Shown: positions 1 through 9,906 of the stretch, piece by piece
Numbering within the stretch: the first letter of the stretch is position 1
Layout of the letters: every line of letters starts with the position of its first letter
Assembly: GCA_963847705.1 (NCBI GenBank)
Contig: CAWKBC010000029.1
Coordinates: 64,001-128,000 of the forward strand
DNA length: 64,000 bases
Reading direction: 5' to 3'
From: an uncultured Pseudomonadota bacterium
GTDB lineage: Bacteria; Myxococcota_A; Polyangia; Fen-1088
Notes under the pieces: model-generated
What the model was told of the DNA's origin: nothing
What the model saw: the letters and a program-made list of their open reading frames with translations, nothing else
Databases searched by the model: none
Position numbers and translations under genes: made by a program

Positions 1-1221
1 GATGGCGACGCTCGACCGGCGCTCGAGGCGCCCATGGCCGCGCTGCTGTCGGGGGAGATCTCCCCGCTCGTCGCGCCGTTCGGCCAGGTGACGGCGCGCG
101 GCTACAGCCTCTACTTCCCGATTCCCTACCGCACACGCTGCGTCGTCACCGTCGACAGCATCGTCTCGCCCGATCCCTTCAACGGACGACCGACCGCCAA
201 GCTCTACTATCAGATCGGCACCCGCACCTATCGACCGGCGGCGGCCGGCGGCCTGCGCCCCTACGCACCGGCCGAGCTCGTGCGGGCCGGCGGCGCGCTC
301 GCGCGGACCGCGGTCCTCTTGCGCGACGGGCTGCCGCCCCCCGGGCCCCGGCCTGGCCGGCGGACGCTCGCGTTGCCGACGGCGACGCTCGATCAGCAGC
401 ACCCGGTCTCGCTGACGGTGCCCGCGCCCGAAGGTGGCGGGCGCCTGACCGAGCTGCGCCTGGCGACGAGCGAGCGCGCCCCCGACAAGCTCCGCTCGAC
501 GACGCTCACGCTCGCCTTCGACGGTGAGGAGACGGTGTCCGCCCCGCTGGTCGCGTTCTTCGGGACCGGTCCCGAGATCGTTCCTTACCGGTCCTTGCCG
601 ATGATCATCGAGCCGGATGGCACGCTGGTCTGCCGATTCCCGATGCCGTTTCGCCAGCGCGCCGTGGTCGGCATCTCCCGCGCGGGGAGCGGGTCCACCG
701 AGCTCCACGGCAGTGTCACTGTCGACGCGGCGCCGTTCGACAGGTCGACGATGCTCTTCCGCGCGACCTGGAGACCGCGGGCGGTGATTCGCACCCGGCC
801 GTTTCAGGACTGGCACATCGCGACGCTCGAGGGGACAGGGCAGCAGGTCGGCACCCTGCTCGACGTGGAGAACCCGCCCGGCACCGGCTGGTGGGGCGAA
901 GGGGACGAGAAGCTCTTCGTCGACGGCGAGTCGTTCCCCAGTCTGTTCGGCACCGGCACGGAGGACTACTTCGGTTATGCCTGGTCGCAGGCCGAGACCT
1001 TCGCGCACGCCTACCATGCCCAGACGCGGGCGCCGGCGGGCGGCTTCGGCGGTCTGTTCTCAATGAACCGCTTCCTCGTGCTCGACCCCGTCCCGTTCGA
1101 GCGATCGCTGCGCTTCGATCTGGAGATCTGGCACTGGTCGGACACCTCGATCGCCGCCGACGCGATCCTCTACTGGTACGCGCGCCCCGGGGCGCACGAC
1201 GACCGCCGGCCCGCCCAATGA
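1..1221 (+). CDS. DUF2961 / GH172-like glycoside hydrolase, 5'-truncated by the window edge
   Basis: Frame 1 is open from base 1. Contains the DUF2961 signature WWGEGDEKLFVDGESFPSLFGTGTEDYFGYAW and FPMPFRQRA. Confidence 0.85.
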   Translation, partial: DGDARPALEAPMAALLSGEISPLVAPFGQVTARGYSLYFPIPYRTRCVVTVDSIVSPDPFNGRPTAKLYYQIGTRTYRPAAAGGLRPYAPAELVRAGGALARTAVLLRDGLPPPGPRPGRRTLALPTATLDQQHPVSLTVPAPEGGGRLTELRLATSERAPDKLRSTTLTLAFDGEETVSAPLVAFFGTGPEIVPYRSLPMIIEPDGTLVCRFPMPFRQRAVVGISRAGSGSTELHGSVTVDAAPFDRSTMLFRATWRPRAVIRTRPFQDWHIATLEGTGQQVGTLLDVENPPGTGWWGEGDEKLFVDGESFPSLFGTGTEDYFGYAWSQAETFAHAYHAQTRAPAGGFGGLFSMNRFLVLDPVPFERSLRFDLEIWHWSDTSIAADAILYWYARPGAHDDRRPAQ

Positions 1222-1276
1222 GGCGCGTGAGCCCGTGGCCCTATCCGTTCGTCGCCGCAGGCCTCACAATGTCTGT

Positions 1277-2254
1277 GTGGATCGGAACCTGGCGCTCGAG
1301 GTGGTCCGGGTGACGGAGGCCGCGGCGCTGGCGGCCGCGCGCTTCGTCGGACGCGGCGATCGGGAGGGGGCCGACCGCGCCGCCACGGAGGCGATGCGAA
1401 AGACCTTCGGCTTCGTCCACCTGCGCGGGCAGGTGGTCATCGGCGAAGGGGAGCGCGACGAGGCCCCCATGCTCTACATCGGCGAGCCGGTCGGCGACGG
1501 CGCCCGCGACGCGCCCGAGGTCGACATCGCCGTCGATCCCCTGGAGGGGACCAACCTGGTGGCGAACGGGTCGACCGACGCGCTGGCCGTGGTGGCAATG
1601 GCCGAGCACGGGCAGTTCCTCAATGCGCCGGACACCTACATGGACAAGATCGCCGTGGGCCCCGAGGCGCGCGGCGCGATCGACATCCGCCGGAGCGCCA
1701 CGCACAACCTGGCGGCCGTCGCCGAGGCCAAGCGCGTCGAGGTGAGCGATCTGACCGTGGTGATCCTCGATCGCCCCCGCCACGCCCAGCTGATCGAAGA
1801 GGTCCGAATGACAGGCGCGCGGATCCGCCTCATCTCCGACGGGGACGTGGGCGGGGCGATCGCGACCGCTGAGCCTTCGACCGGGGTCGACCTCCTGCTC
1901 GGCGTCGGCGGAGCGCCGGAGGGGGTGCTCGCCGCGGCGGCCCTGCGTTGCATGGGCGGCGAGATGCAGGGGGTGCTGAGGCCGCGCAACGTCGAGGAGC
2001 GGGATCGGGCCATCGCCATGGGGATCGCCAACCTCGATCACGTGTTCGCCATCGACGAGCTGGCGCGGGGCGACGTCATGTTCGCGGCGACCGGCGTCAC
2101 CGACGGGTTTCTCCTCCGCGGCGTCCGCTTCACCGCGACCGGCGCCGACACCAACTCGATCGTCATGCGCTCACGCTCCGGCAGCGTTCGCTTCCTGCAG
2201 ACGCGCCACCGCTTCGAGGGGCACCCGGTCTACGGGGCCAGCCACCGCCCGTAG
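1277..2254 (+). CDS. glpX: Class II fructose-1,6-bisphosphatase (GlpX)
   Basis: MDRNLALEVVRVTEAAAL start (GTG 1277), VIGEGERDEAPMLYIGE, DIAVDPLEGTN, APDTYMDK, LISDGDV, FAATGVTDG. Confidence 0.97.
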   Translation: MDRNLALEVVRVTEAAALAAARFVGRGDREGADRAATEAMRKTFGFVHLRGQVVIGEGERDEAPMLYIGEPVGDGARDAPEVDIAVDPLEGTNLVANGSTDALAVVAMAEHGQFLNAPDTYMDKIAVGPEARGAIDIRRSATHNLAAVAEAKRVEVSDLTVVILDRPRHAQLIEEVRMTGARIRLISDGDVGGAIATAEPSTGVDLLLGVGGAPEGVLAAAALRCMGGEMQGVLRPRNVEERDRAIAMGIANLDHVFAIDELARGDVMFAATGVTDGFLLRGVRFTATGADTNSIVMRSRSGSVRFLQTRHRFEGHPVYGASHRP

Positions 2255-2309
2255 GGCGTCGCAGGACGGCGACGGTGAGCGGAGCGAACCGTGCCCGAGC
2301 GCCGGGCGG

Positions 2310-3347
2310 TCATTTCGCCACCCTCACGACCGCATCGCCGTCGTCGTCGGCGATATAGACGCTGGTGGCGTCGAGAGCGATCCCGCCCGCCCCGGCGATG
2401 CCGGTCGCCAGCGTGCGCGCGGCGCCGCCGCCGAGTGGAATGCTCACCACCTTCGTGGAGGCCGCCACGTACAGGGTCGTGGCGTCGGTGGCCAGCCCCG
2501 CCGGGAACTGGCCGAGGTTCGACAGCACCACCTGCGTCGGCCCGCCGTTCTTCGACACCTCGAAGACCGTCCCCTCACCGTTGGCGAAGTAGACGTTGTC
2601 CCCGCCCAGAGCGATCCCCATCGGCTCGACCGGGTCGGTGACCGCCAGCTGCACGGCAGGGCCGCCCGCAATCGGGGCCTTCAGCACGCCGGAATTGGGT
2701 TGCATCTGGTCGATCCAGTAGACGTTCGTCGCATCGACCGCCACGTTGTAGGGCCACCTGGCGGCCGCGATCTCGACGGGCGAGGCTCCGTCGACGGAGG
2801 CGACGCTGCCGTCGCCTGCCCCGCCGCCATCGGCCGGGCCCCCGCCGCCAGTGGACGTGCCGCCGTCGAGGGGCGTGCCGCCGTTCTTGTCCACCTTCAT
2901 GACGTGCCCCTGGCCGGGGCTCCCGTCCGCGGTCGTCCAATAAACGTTGCTGGCATCGACGACGATGGCCGTGACGCCGAATTGCCCCGCGGCCAGGCTG
3001 ACGGTGCTGCCGGTGCAGTTCGACCTCTCGCAGGCGAGGAGGGAGCGCCCGTCGCTCCAGTAGAGGCGCCGCTCGTCGACCGCCAGCCCCCCTTCTGCCT
3101 GAAGAACGCCCAGTGGGGAGGCGGCGCCGCCTCCCACGGGGAGTGTCATCAGCGGCGATGGGTTGATTTGGGACACGAAAACGGTGGTGGAGTCGACCGC
3201 GATCCCGAACGGGGATTTGACGGTCGCCAGCACCTGCGCCGGTTTCGGCTGCGCGTCGCAGCCGACCAGGGCCACGGCCAAGGCCACGATGACGAGGACC
3301 GGGAACAGGATCGTGAGGGCGAGCAGGCGGAAGCTGGAGTCGGTCAT
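2310..3347 (-). CDS. Lipoprotein with beta-propeller repeats (DUF5050-like)
   Basis: ATG 3347 after AGGAG. Lipobox LVGC. Repeated IAVDxxxVYW blades. Confidence 0.75.
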   Translation of the reverse strand: MTDSSFRLLALTILFPVLVIVALAVALVGCDAQPKPAQVLATVKSPFGIAVDSTTVFVSQINPSPLMTLPVGGGAASPLGVLQAEGGLAVDERRLYWSDGRSLLACERSNCTGSTVSLAAGQFGVTAIVVDASNVYWTTADGSPGQGHVMKVDKNGGTPLDGGTSTGGGGPADGGGAGDGSVASVDGASPVEIAAARWPYNVAVDATNVYWIDQMQPNSGVLKAPIAGGPAVQLAVTDPVEPMGIALGGDNVYFANGEGTVFEVSKNGGPTQVVLSNLGQFPAGLATDATTLYVAASTKVVSIPLGGGAARTLATGIAGAGGIALDATSVYIADDDGDAVVRVAK

Positions 3348-3374
3348 CGCATCTCCTGTCGAGTCTGTTGCCTG

Positions 3375-3401
3375 GTGTCGACCATCGACGTCATCCGTCA
3401 A
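3375..3401 (-). promoter_or_regulatory. Putative ECF sigma promoter TTGACGGAT-N13-GACAC
   Basis: Same spacing and cores as the motif upstream of the divergent ECF gene and of the 24156-26129 gene. Confidence 0.55.
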
Positions 3402-3473
3402 AGATTCCGCGCGAATCGTCTTCGCCTCCGCGGCAGACCCTTCGCCTGCGTTGGGACTCGAGCTTCGCTTTGA

Positions 3474-3500
3474 GTGACGGATGTGGTCCATTCTCGGCAC
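3474..3500 (+). promoter_or_regulatory. Putative autoregulated ECF promoter GTGACGGAT-N13-GGCAC
   Basis: Directly upstream of the ECF gene; mirrors the motif at 3375-3401 on the other strand. Confidence 0.55.
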
Positions 3501-3515
3501 CAGCGAGATCAGGAC

Positions 3516-4109
3516 ATGGCGCAGCGTTCGGTGATCCCTCAGGAACCGCGAGAGCATCTCCCGGCGATGCTCCCGGCGCCGACGTTCGCCGAGATCTTCG
3601 ACGGCCACTTCGTGTTCGTGTGGCGAACGGCGCGCCGTCTGGGGGTCCCCGAGTCCCATCTGGATGACGTCGTGCAAGAGACCTTCATGGTCGCCTTCCG
3701 GCGGCGCGCAGACTTCGAAGGCCGCTCCTCACTCAAGACGTGGCTGTATGGGATCGCCTTCAACGTCGTCCGCGCCTACCGGCGCGAGCTGGGCGCCAAG
3801 TATCCGGCCGCGCTGAACGCAGAGCGGCGCGCCGACCCGGCTCTTCTCACCGACGGCGCCGACGGCCCGCAAGAATCGGCCGCCAAGCGAGAGGCCGCCC
3901 GCTTCGTGGATGGCTTCATGCAACAGCTGAACGAGGACCAGCGCGATGTCTTCGTGTTGGCCGAGCTGGAGGAGCTGAGCGCCCCGGAGATCGCCACCGT
4001 GCTCGGCGTGCCCGTCAACACCGTGTACTCGCGCCTCCGGCTGGCGCGGATCGAGTTCGGGAAGGCCGTCGCGCGCCATCGCGCTCGAGACGAGCGGAGG
4101 ACCCCATGA
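3516..4109 (+). CDS. ECF RNA polymerase sigma factor
   Basis: Region 2 DDVVQETFMVAFRRRADFEGRSSLKTWLYGIAFN; region 4 VFVLAELEELSAPEIATVLGVPVNTVYSRLRLAR. Start uncertain (3516 or 3567). Confidence 0.95.
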   Translation: MAQRSVIPQEPREHLPAMLPAPTFAEIFDGHFVFVWRTARRLGVPESHLDDVVQETFMVAFRRRADFEGRSSLKTWLYGIAFNVVRAYRRELGAKYPAALNAERRADPALLTDGADGPQESAAKREAARFVDGFMQQLNEDQRDVFVLAELEELSAPEIATVLGVPVNTVYSRLRLARIEFGKAVARHRARDERRTP

Positions 4110-5089
4110 TCGACCTGAGCGACGAAGCCCGCACTCTCATCGAGCTCGCGCGCGACGCCCACGATCCCGGCGATGACGATCGGGCGCGGGTGCGCGCGGC
4201 GCTGGCGGCGCGGATCGGCGTGGCGGCGGGGCTCGGGCTGGCGGCGGGGCTGGGCGCGGCCGCCAAGACGACGGTGACCACGGCGACGGCCGGCGCGGGC
4301 GCGGGGTTGACGGTGGGAGCGGTCGGGGCCGGCGCCGGGGCGTTGAAGCTGATCGGTGCGGCGCTGGTCGTCTCGGCGACGCTGGGTGCCGGCGCAGCGG
4401 CGGTCCATCACGCGCGGCGCGCCTCGGTCGCGCGCGTTGCCGTCGCCGAGCAGGCGTCTCCGCCGAGCCCACGCCCCAAACCGACGGCCGCCTCGCCGGT
4501 CGCTCTGCCGGTCGCTCTGCCGGTCGCGGCGCCGGTTGCCGTTCCCGCGGCGCGGCCCCAGGTGGTGGCCCCGGCAAGCGCCTCGATCCCACGGAGCACG
4601 ACGATGGACCCCTTGGACGGGCGTCCCAGCGTTTCGGGTCTGGAGCAGAAGCTGCACGTGGCGCATGCGATTGTGCCGGCGCCCAAGGAGGGTCCCGGGG
4701 ACGGCGCTGGCGTACGCGCCGCGCCCCCGCCACGACCGTCCGCGCCCGACGTGGCCGACGTGGCCGACGAGGCCAGCTTGTTCCACGACGGGATCATGGC
4801 GCTGCGGTCGGGACAGCCGGCCCGCGCCTTGGTGTTGTTCGACCTGCATGCGCGCCAGTATCCGCACGGCGTGCTGGCCGAAGAACGCGAGGCGGAGCGC
4901 GCGTTGGCGCTGGCCGATCTCGGCCGCACCACCGAGGCGCGCGCGGCGATCGAGCGGTTTCTGCAGGCCCACGCGACGTCACCTCTGGCGGCGCGCCTGC
5001 TTGCACGCGCGCGCCTGCTCGATCCCGCCGAGGCGAAGGCCGACTCGGCGGAGCCCCGCCCGACTGCCATTCGGCGCCACGATCCCTGA
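4106..5089 (+). CDS. Putative anti-sigma factor: TM segment, Pro/Ala linker, C-terminal TPR-like domain
   Basis: ATGA overlap with the sigma stop codon. Hydrophobic segment. C-terminal ALVLFDLHARQYPHGVLAEEREA...ARAAIERFLQAHATSPLA. Confidence 0.75.
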   Translation: MIDLSDEARTLIELARDAHDPGDDDRARVRAALAARIGVAAGLGLAAGLGAAAKTTVTTATAGAGAGLTVGAVGAGAGALKLIGAALVVSATLGAGAAAVHHARRASVARVAVAEQASPPSPRPKPTAASPVALPVALPVAAPVAVPAARPQVVAPASASIPRSTTMDPLDGRPSVSGLEQKLHVAHAIVPAPKEGPGDGAGVRAAPPPRPSAPDVADVADEASLFHDGIMALRSGQPARALVLFDLHARQYPHGVLAEEREAERALALADLGRTTEARAAIERFLQAHATSPLAARLLARARLLDPAEAKADSAEPRPTAIRRHDP

Positions 5090-5171
5090 GCCGCGGCGGC
5101 GGCTCCCGCGCTGTCTCCCAGTTCCCGGTGGCCAACGTGACGACGACCAGCAAGTGACGTCGTCGAGCTCG

Positions 5172-5634
5172 CTAGGGCACGCGGTTCTCGACCCCGCTTT
5201 GTGAGTGCAAGGCGAGGTAGACGACCGCCGACAGCGCGCTGGCGGCGACCGCGACACCCACCAGGACCCAGATCCCCGGATTCGGTTCGCGCACCCGCGC
5301 CGCCTTGATGGACGTCAACGGCACCTGCATCGTCTGCCCGTCTTCGGTGACGCCGCGGAAGACCCCGTCGCTCACCTGGATCGATTCTGAACGTTCCGCC
5401 GCAAGTGCCCTCCGGCACGTCGAGGTAGAGCTCGGAGTCCTTGACGACCTCGACCGGCCGATTGGTCGTCGACAGAACCGAGGCGCTCCCGCCCTTGGGC
5501 GCACCATCATGATACCCATCGAGAAGGACCAGCTCCGACGGCTTGATGGGGGCGCTCACATAACAGCCCGGAGCGACCAGCGCGGTCAGCAGAAGCCACC
5601 GCCGCCCCGCGCTGGCGTGCGCTCGATTCGCCAT
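5172..5634 (-). CDS. Small lipoprotein with C-terminal TM helix, frameshifted near 5388
   Basis: Lipobox APGC and ...CGGTF in one frame continues as ESIQVSDGVFRG...IWVLVGVAVAAS in another frame. Confidence 0.55.
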
Positions 5635-5838
5635 GGCGACGAACGTAGCAAGTTGCATACCTCCGGTTGCCGCGCCCACCTGCGCCCTTCCGCCGTGCCG
5701 GCGCTTCCCGGGGCCGTCGGTCGCGACATTCCTGTCAGGCCCCGCGCCCGGCGGTGACGCGCGTCCGCCGCGCCTGCGCGAAAAAAAAGGCCTGCGGCCC
5801 GCCGCGACACCGTGTGCTCGAGTGCTAATGTACGCGCC

Positions 5839-7263
5839 GTGAAACGTCGCCCGCGCCGCTCATGTTCGCTGCGCGCGGTCGTGCTTTGCGCGGCGCTCGC
5901 CACCGGCTCCTGCGGGGGCAGCCAGGATCCGATCAACGTGTCGGTGGCGATCGACACCACCGTGACCCACCAGACGCTGGAGGGTTTCGGCGCCGCCACC
6001 GCGTATCAGGCCTATCTCCTGGCCGATCGCACCGACGACATCTTCCAGGTCCTGTTCGTCGACTCCGGTCTCGACATCCTGCGCCTGGGGAACTGGTACC
6101 AGAACCAGAGTCAGACCGACACCGCCACCACCCCCTTCGACGACAACGACGAGGTGCAGATCGTCCAGAAGGCCACCGCCGCGCGCGGGGGCACACCTCC
6201 CAAGATCCTCATGTCCTCCTGGACGCCCCCGGCGTACCTCAAGAGCAACGGCGTGACCAGGCCTCCGTTCGGCAGCGGCTCGAGCGCCCCGGCCGGCACC
6301 TTGGTCCAGAACGGCGGCGCTTATGACTACGCCGATTTCGGCGACTGGTGGGCGCGTTCTCTGCAGGCCTACGCCGCGGAGGGGGTGGTGCCCGACTGGG
6401 TCAGCATCCAGAACGAACCCGACTTCTATACCAGCCAGTGGGAGACGTGCGTCTTCGGTCCCACCGAGGGGGCCGCCGTGGCCGGCATCGCGGCCGCGGG
6501 TTACGGGCAGGCGTTGGATGCCGTCTCCGGCGCCATTCAAGCGGCAGGCCTGGCCTCGCCGCCCGTCCTGCTGGGGCCGGAGACCACCGGGTTCAAGGGC
6601 AACATCGTGCAGCAGTACCTGGACGGTCTCGACCCGTCCAAGCTGGGCGGGATCGCCCATCACTTGTACGGCAGCCCCGGCGACAATCCCGGGCCCGACA
6701 CGTTCAACGGGTCGCTGCAGAACCTGGCGCGAGCGGGCGCGGCGGCGGGGCTGCCGACCTTCATGACCGAATACTCGCCCAACGTCCCCACGATGTTCGA
6801 CACCGCCTGGCTCATCAACAACGCGCTCACCGTCGAGAACGTCTCGGCCTACCTGTATTGGGAGCTGGTCTGGACCGACTCGTCGCCGGCGACCGGGCTG
6901 GTGTCGATCGCCAGTTCTTCTCCGAGCGCGCCGTACACCATCAACGATCTCTATTACGCGCTCAAGCACTTCGCCCGCTGGACGGACCCTGGCTGGGTCC
7001 GGGTGGACGCGACCTCCTCGGTGGCGGCCGTTCGAACGTCGGCCTTCGTGAGCCCCGACGGGACCAGCCTCACCCTGGTGCTCCTCAACACCGGCAGCGA
7101 GGACCACCTGGTCTCGGTCAGCCCCGGCGCCTTCCCCTTCGGCACGCTCACCGTCTACCGCAGCTCGGGCGACAGCGAACGCACCACCGTCGTCGCGCCC
7201 GAGAGCGACGGCAGCATCGCGCTCCCCTCGCGCGCGATCGCCACCGTCACCTACACGCCCTAG
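5839..7263 (+). CDS. Glycoside hydrolase family 30 lipoprotein (xylanase/glucuronoxylanase-like)
   Basis: QTLEGFG, SSWTPPAYLKSN, acid/base SIQNEPD, nucleophile FMTEY, YYALKHFARW. Lipobox TGSC. Confidence 0.9.
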   Translation: MKRRPRRSCSLRAVVLCAALATGSCGGSQDPINVSVAIDTTVTHQTLEGFGAATAYQAYLLADRTDDIFQVLFVDSGLDILRLGNWYQNQSQTDTATTPFDDNDEVQIVQKATAARGGTPPKILMSSWTPPAYLKSNGVTRPPFGSGSSAPAGTLVQNGGAYDYADFGDWWARSLQAYAAEGVVPDWVSIQNEPDFYTSQWETCVFGPTEGAAVAGIAAAGYGQALDAVSGAIQAAGLASPPVLLGPETTGFKGNIVQQYLDGLDPSKLGGIAHHLYGSPGDNPGPDTFNGSLQNLARAGAAAGLPTFMTEYSPNVPTMFDTAWLINNALTVENVSAYLYWELVWTDSSPATGLVSIASSSPSAPYTINDLYYALKHFARWTDPGWVRVDATSSVAAVRTSAFVSPDGTSLTLVLLNTGSEDHLVSVSPGAFPFGTLTVYRSSGDSERTTVVAPESDGSIALPSRAIATVTYTP

Positions 7264-7304
7264 ACTGGAAAGCGCGCGGGGCCCGCCCGCGACGCGGCGT
7301 CGGG

Positions 7305-8759
7305 CTAGGGAATCGTGTTCAGGAGGACGGCGACGCCGTCCCCGTTCGGAACGATCAAGTCGAGCTTGCCGTCTCCGTTCAGATCCCCGAGCGTGAGCGA
7401 GGAGGGGCTGGAGTTGGAGGCAGGAACATAAGAAGGGGCGCCGAAGACGCCGCTCCCCTGGTTGAGCAGCACGGCCACGGCGCTGCAGGGATCGGTGAGC
7501 GTGTTGCCAGCCAGGTCGGGCCGGCCATCTCCGTTCAGATCTCCGAGCACCACCCACCCGGACCCGTTGTACGGGGTCGACGCATAACCGTAGTTGACGG
7601 CGGCCGCGAAGGCGCCGTTCCCGAGATTGAGAAGCACGCTCGCCCGGTCCGTGCCGCCGACCGCCAGATCGATCTTCCCGTCGCCGTTCAGATCTCCCGC
7701 GGCCACCGAAAAGGGATTGGTCCCTGAGCCATAGCCGGCCGGCGCACCGAAGCTGCCGTTCCCGTTGTTGAGCAGGACGCTCACGCCCGTCCCGCTGGCG
7801 ACCGCGAGCTCGGCTTTCCCGTCGCCGTTCAGATCGGCCAGGGCCACCGAGACGGGACTGGCTCCCGCCGGGTAGTTGGCGGCAACGAACGTTCCGCCGC
7901 CCATGTTGAGCAGGACGCCGACGTCGCCCCCGACCCATTCGGAGCCGTTGTAGGAGCCGCGGTTCGCGACGGCCAGATCGTTTTTTCCGTCGCCGTTCAG
8001 ATCCCCGAGCGCCACCCAGGCCGGCGCGGTGCCCGTCGCGAAGCTCACCGGCGTCAAGAATGTGCCGCTTCCGCCGTTGAAGAGGACGCTCACGCCCTGA
8101 TCGTTCACCACGGCCAGGTCGGCCTTTCCGTCGCCGTTCAGATCCCCGGCCGCGATGGACTGCACGTTGATGCCGGCGGCGTAGAGTTGAGGCGGGCCGT
8201 AGCCCGCAGCCGCGCTCAGGAACACGCTCACGCTGCCCGGCGTGGTTCCTGGGGTGCCGCCGGTCCCGGAGCCTCCCGTCCCCGAGCCGATACCGCCCAC
8301 GCCGCCCGCGTCGACGGTGCTGGGCGGGACCGAGTAATTGGCGACCGCGAGATCGGGTTTGCCGTCACCGTTCAGATCCCCGAGCGCCACGAGGAACGAG
8401 CCTGCGTGGGTGAGATATTCGACCGCCGGACCGAACGACAGGCCGCTGCCGGACGAGCCCGCGCTGCCCGCGCTAGTGGGACAGCTCCCGCCTCCGTCCA
8501 GCATCGGGCTCCCCCCGTCGCCGAAGATCCCCCCGGTGCCGGTCGGATTGACGATCCCCCCCGTTCCCGGTGTCCCCCCGGTGTCCCCCGGGTTCATCAG
8601 TCCGCCGGCACCCGAGCCGGAGGCCCCGCCTGTGCTCGGCGAGCCCCCCTGCCCGGTTTGCTGGCCGATGACGGAGCGGGTCGAACAGCCCCCGACAGCA
8701 GCCATCAAGAAGACGAGGGTGAGGCCGGACGATAAGCAACGCGGGAGCGAAGAGGTCAT
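7305..8759 (-). CDS. FG-GAP/VCBS repeat lipoprotein
   Basis: Seven GDLNGDGKxDLAV-type repeats. Lipobox VGGC. RBS AAGGAG before ATG 8759. Confidence 0.9.
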   Translation of the reverse strand: MTSSLPRCLSSGLTLVFLMAAVGGCSTRSVIGQQTGQGGSPSTGGASGSGAGGLMNPGDTGGTPGTGGIVNPTGTGGIFGDGGSPMLDGGGSCPTSAGSAGSSGSGLSFGPAVEYLTHAGSFLVALGDLNGDGKPDLAVANYSVPPSTVDAGGVGGIGSGTGGSGTGGTPGTTPGSVSVFLSAAAGYGPPQLYAAGINVQSIAAGDLNGDGKADLAVVNDQGVSVLFNGGSGTFLTPVSFATGTAPAWVALGDLNGDGKNDLAVANRGSYNGSEWVGGDVGVLLNMGGGTFVAANYPAGASPVSVALADLNGDGKAELAVASGTGVSVLLNNGNGSFGAPAGYGSGTNPFSVAAGDLNGDGKIDLAVGGTDRASVLLNLGNGAFAAAVNYGYASTPYNGSGWVVLGDLNGDGRPDLAGNTLTDPCSAVAVLLNQGSGVFGAPSYVPASNSSPSSLTLGDLNGDGKLDLIVPNGDGVAVLLNTIP

Positions 8760-8802
8760 TGGGGTCTCCTTGGCCTGCTTGGTGTCGCGAGCCGCGAATA
8801 GG

Positions 8803-9906
8803 TTACGGGCGCTGCACCGGGGCGGCGGGACCGGACAACAGGCGGCGGACCTCGGTGGCAAACCGGCCGTTGGGAAATCGCCGCTGGTAGGCGAGCAGGT
8901 CCGCCCGGGCGCGGTCGTCCTGGGCCAGGCGCCCGAGACAGACGGCGCGCCCGTAGAGCGCGCGCTCGCTGGCCGCGGGAGCCCCACCCTCCCCCTCCAC
9001 GACCTGGGTGAAGTCGGCCAGCGCTTCGCGAAAGCGACCGGCCGCGGCCCGCAGCTCCGCCCGGGTCAGCAGCAGCTCCGTCCCCGGGTCATCCGACAGT
9101 CCCGGCATGGCGTCGAGCAAGGCGAGCGCCGCCTTCCGATCGTCGAGCCGGAGGACGGCTTCCAGCCGTGTGCGCAGCGCCTCCGTCTCCAGGACACCGT
9201 GAGGGAACGCCCGGGCGTACGCGTCGAGCGTCACCAGCGCAGCGCGCGCATCTCCCTGCTGGCGGAGCTGGGACAGCGCCTCGGCGACCATACCCGCCTC
9301 GGTGGCCTTGCTCCTTGGCGGGTCCGGCAGCACGGCAGGCGGCTGGGTCGGCCCCGGCGCGAGAGGCGCCGGCGCGGGCGCGAGCGAAGCGCCGGCACGC
9401 GCCCGTGCGCCGGCGCCAACGCCAACCTGGTGCGACGGCTGGTTCGTCCCGGCCTGGTCCGAAGCGAGCGCTGGAACGGATGCCGGTCCTGTCTCTGACG
9501 CCGGATCCGGTTGGCGCTCGTCCTTCGAGGCCACCGCCCGGTGAAGCGGCCGACGCGCCTGCGGCTCGAGCGCCGGCGGCGGCACCGTCGGTCCAGGCGT
9601 CCGCACCATCCGGAGATGCCTGCGCCACAGGATGCCGGCGCCGTCGGCCGTCGCGGCGCACAGCAGGACCAGCGCCAGGCCGAGGGCCACCCGCGCGACC
9701 AGGGGAAACCGTCGCCAATCGAAGAACCCGCGGCGAGCAGCAGCCTGTTGCAGGACCTCTGCCCGGATCCGGGAGATCGCCTGGGAGCCCAGCGGTTGCA
9801 CCTGTCGCGCGGCGTCCGTCAACACGGCGGCGCGCGCTTCGAGCGCGTGGGCATCGACGTCGCGCTCGCGCCACCGCACGGGATCGTGTGAGCGAACCGG
9901 CTTCAT
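8803..9906 (-). CDS. Putative anti-sigma factor: TM segment, Pro-rich linker, TPR domain
   Basis: Overlaps the sigma stop codon. TM VALGLALVLLCAA. C-terminal LDAYARAFPHGVL...YQRRFPNGRF TPR-like helices. Confidence 0.75.
   Translation of the reverse strand: MKPVRSHDPVRWRERDVDAHALEARAAVLTDAARQVQPLGSQAISRIRAEVLQQAAARRGFFDWRRFPLVARVALGLALVLLCAATADGAGILWRRHLRMVRTPGPTVPPPALEPQARRPLHRAVASKDERQPDPASETGPASVPALASDQAGTNQPSHQVGVGAGARARAGASLAPAPAPLAPGPTQPPAVLPDPPRSKATEAGMVAEALSQLRQQGDARAALVTLDAYARAFPHGVLETEALRTRLEAVLRLDDRKAALALLDAMPGLSDDPGTELLLTRAELRAAAGRFREALADFTQVVEGEGGAPAASERALYGRAVCLGRLAQDDRARADLLAYQRRFPNGRFATEVRRLLSGPAAPVQRP

Noticed and set aside
5860-7938. Long antisense/alternate-frame ORFs (also 24222-26273, 28620-30989, 36197-37957, 40850-42751 and many others)
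   Set aside because: Arg/Ala/Gly/Pro-rich shadows of well-supported genes, expected at this GC content; no domain motifs.
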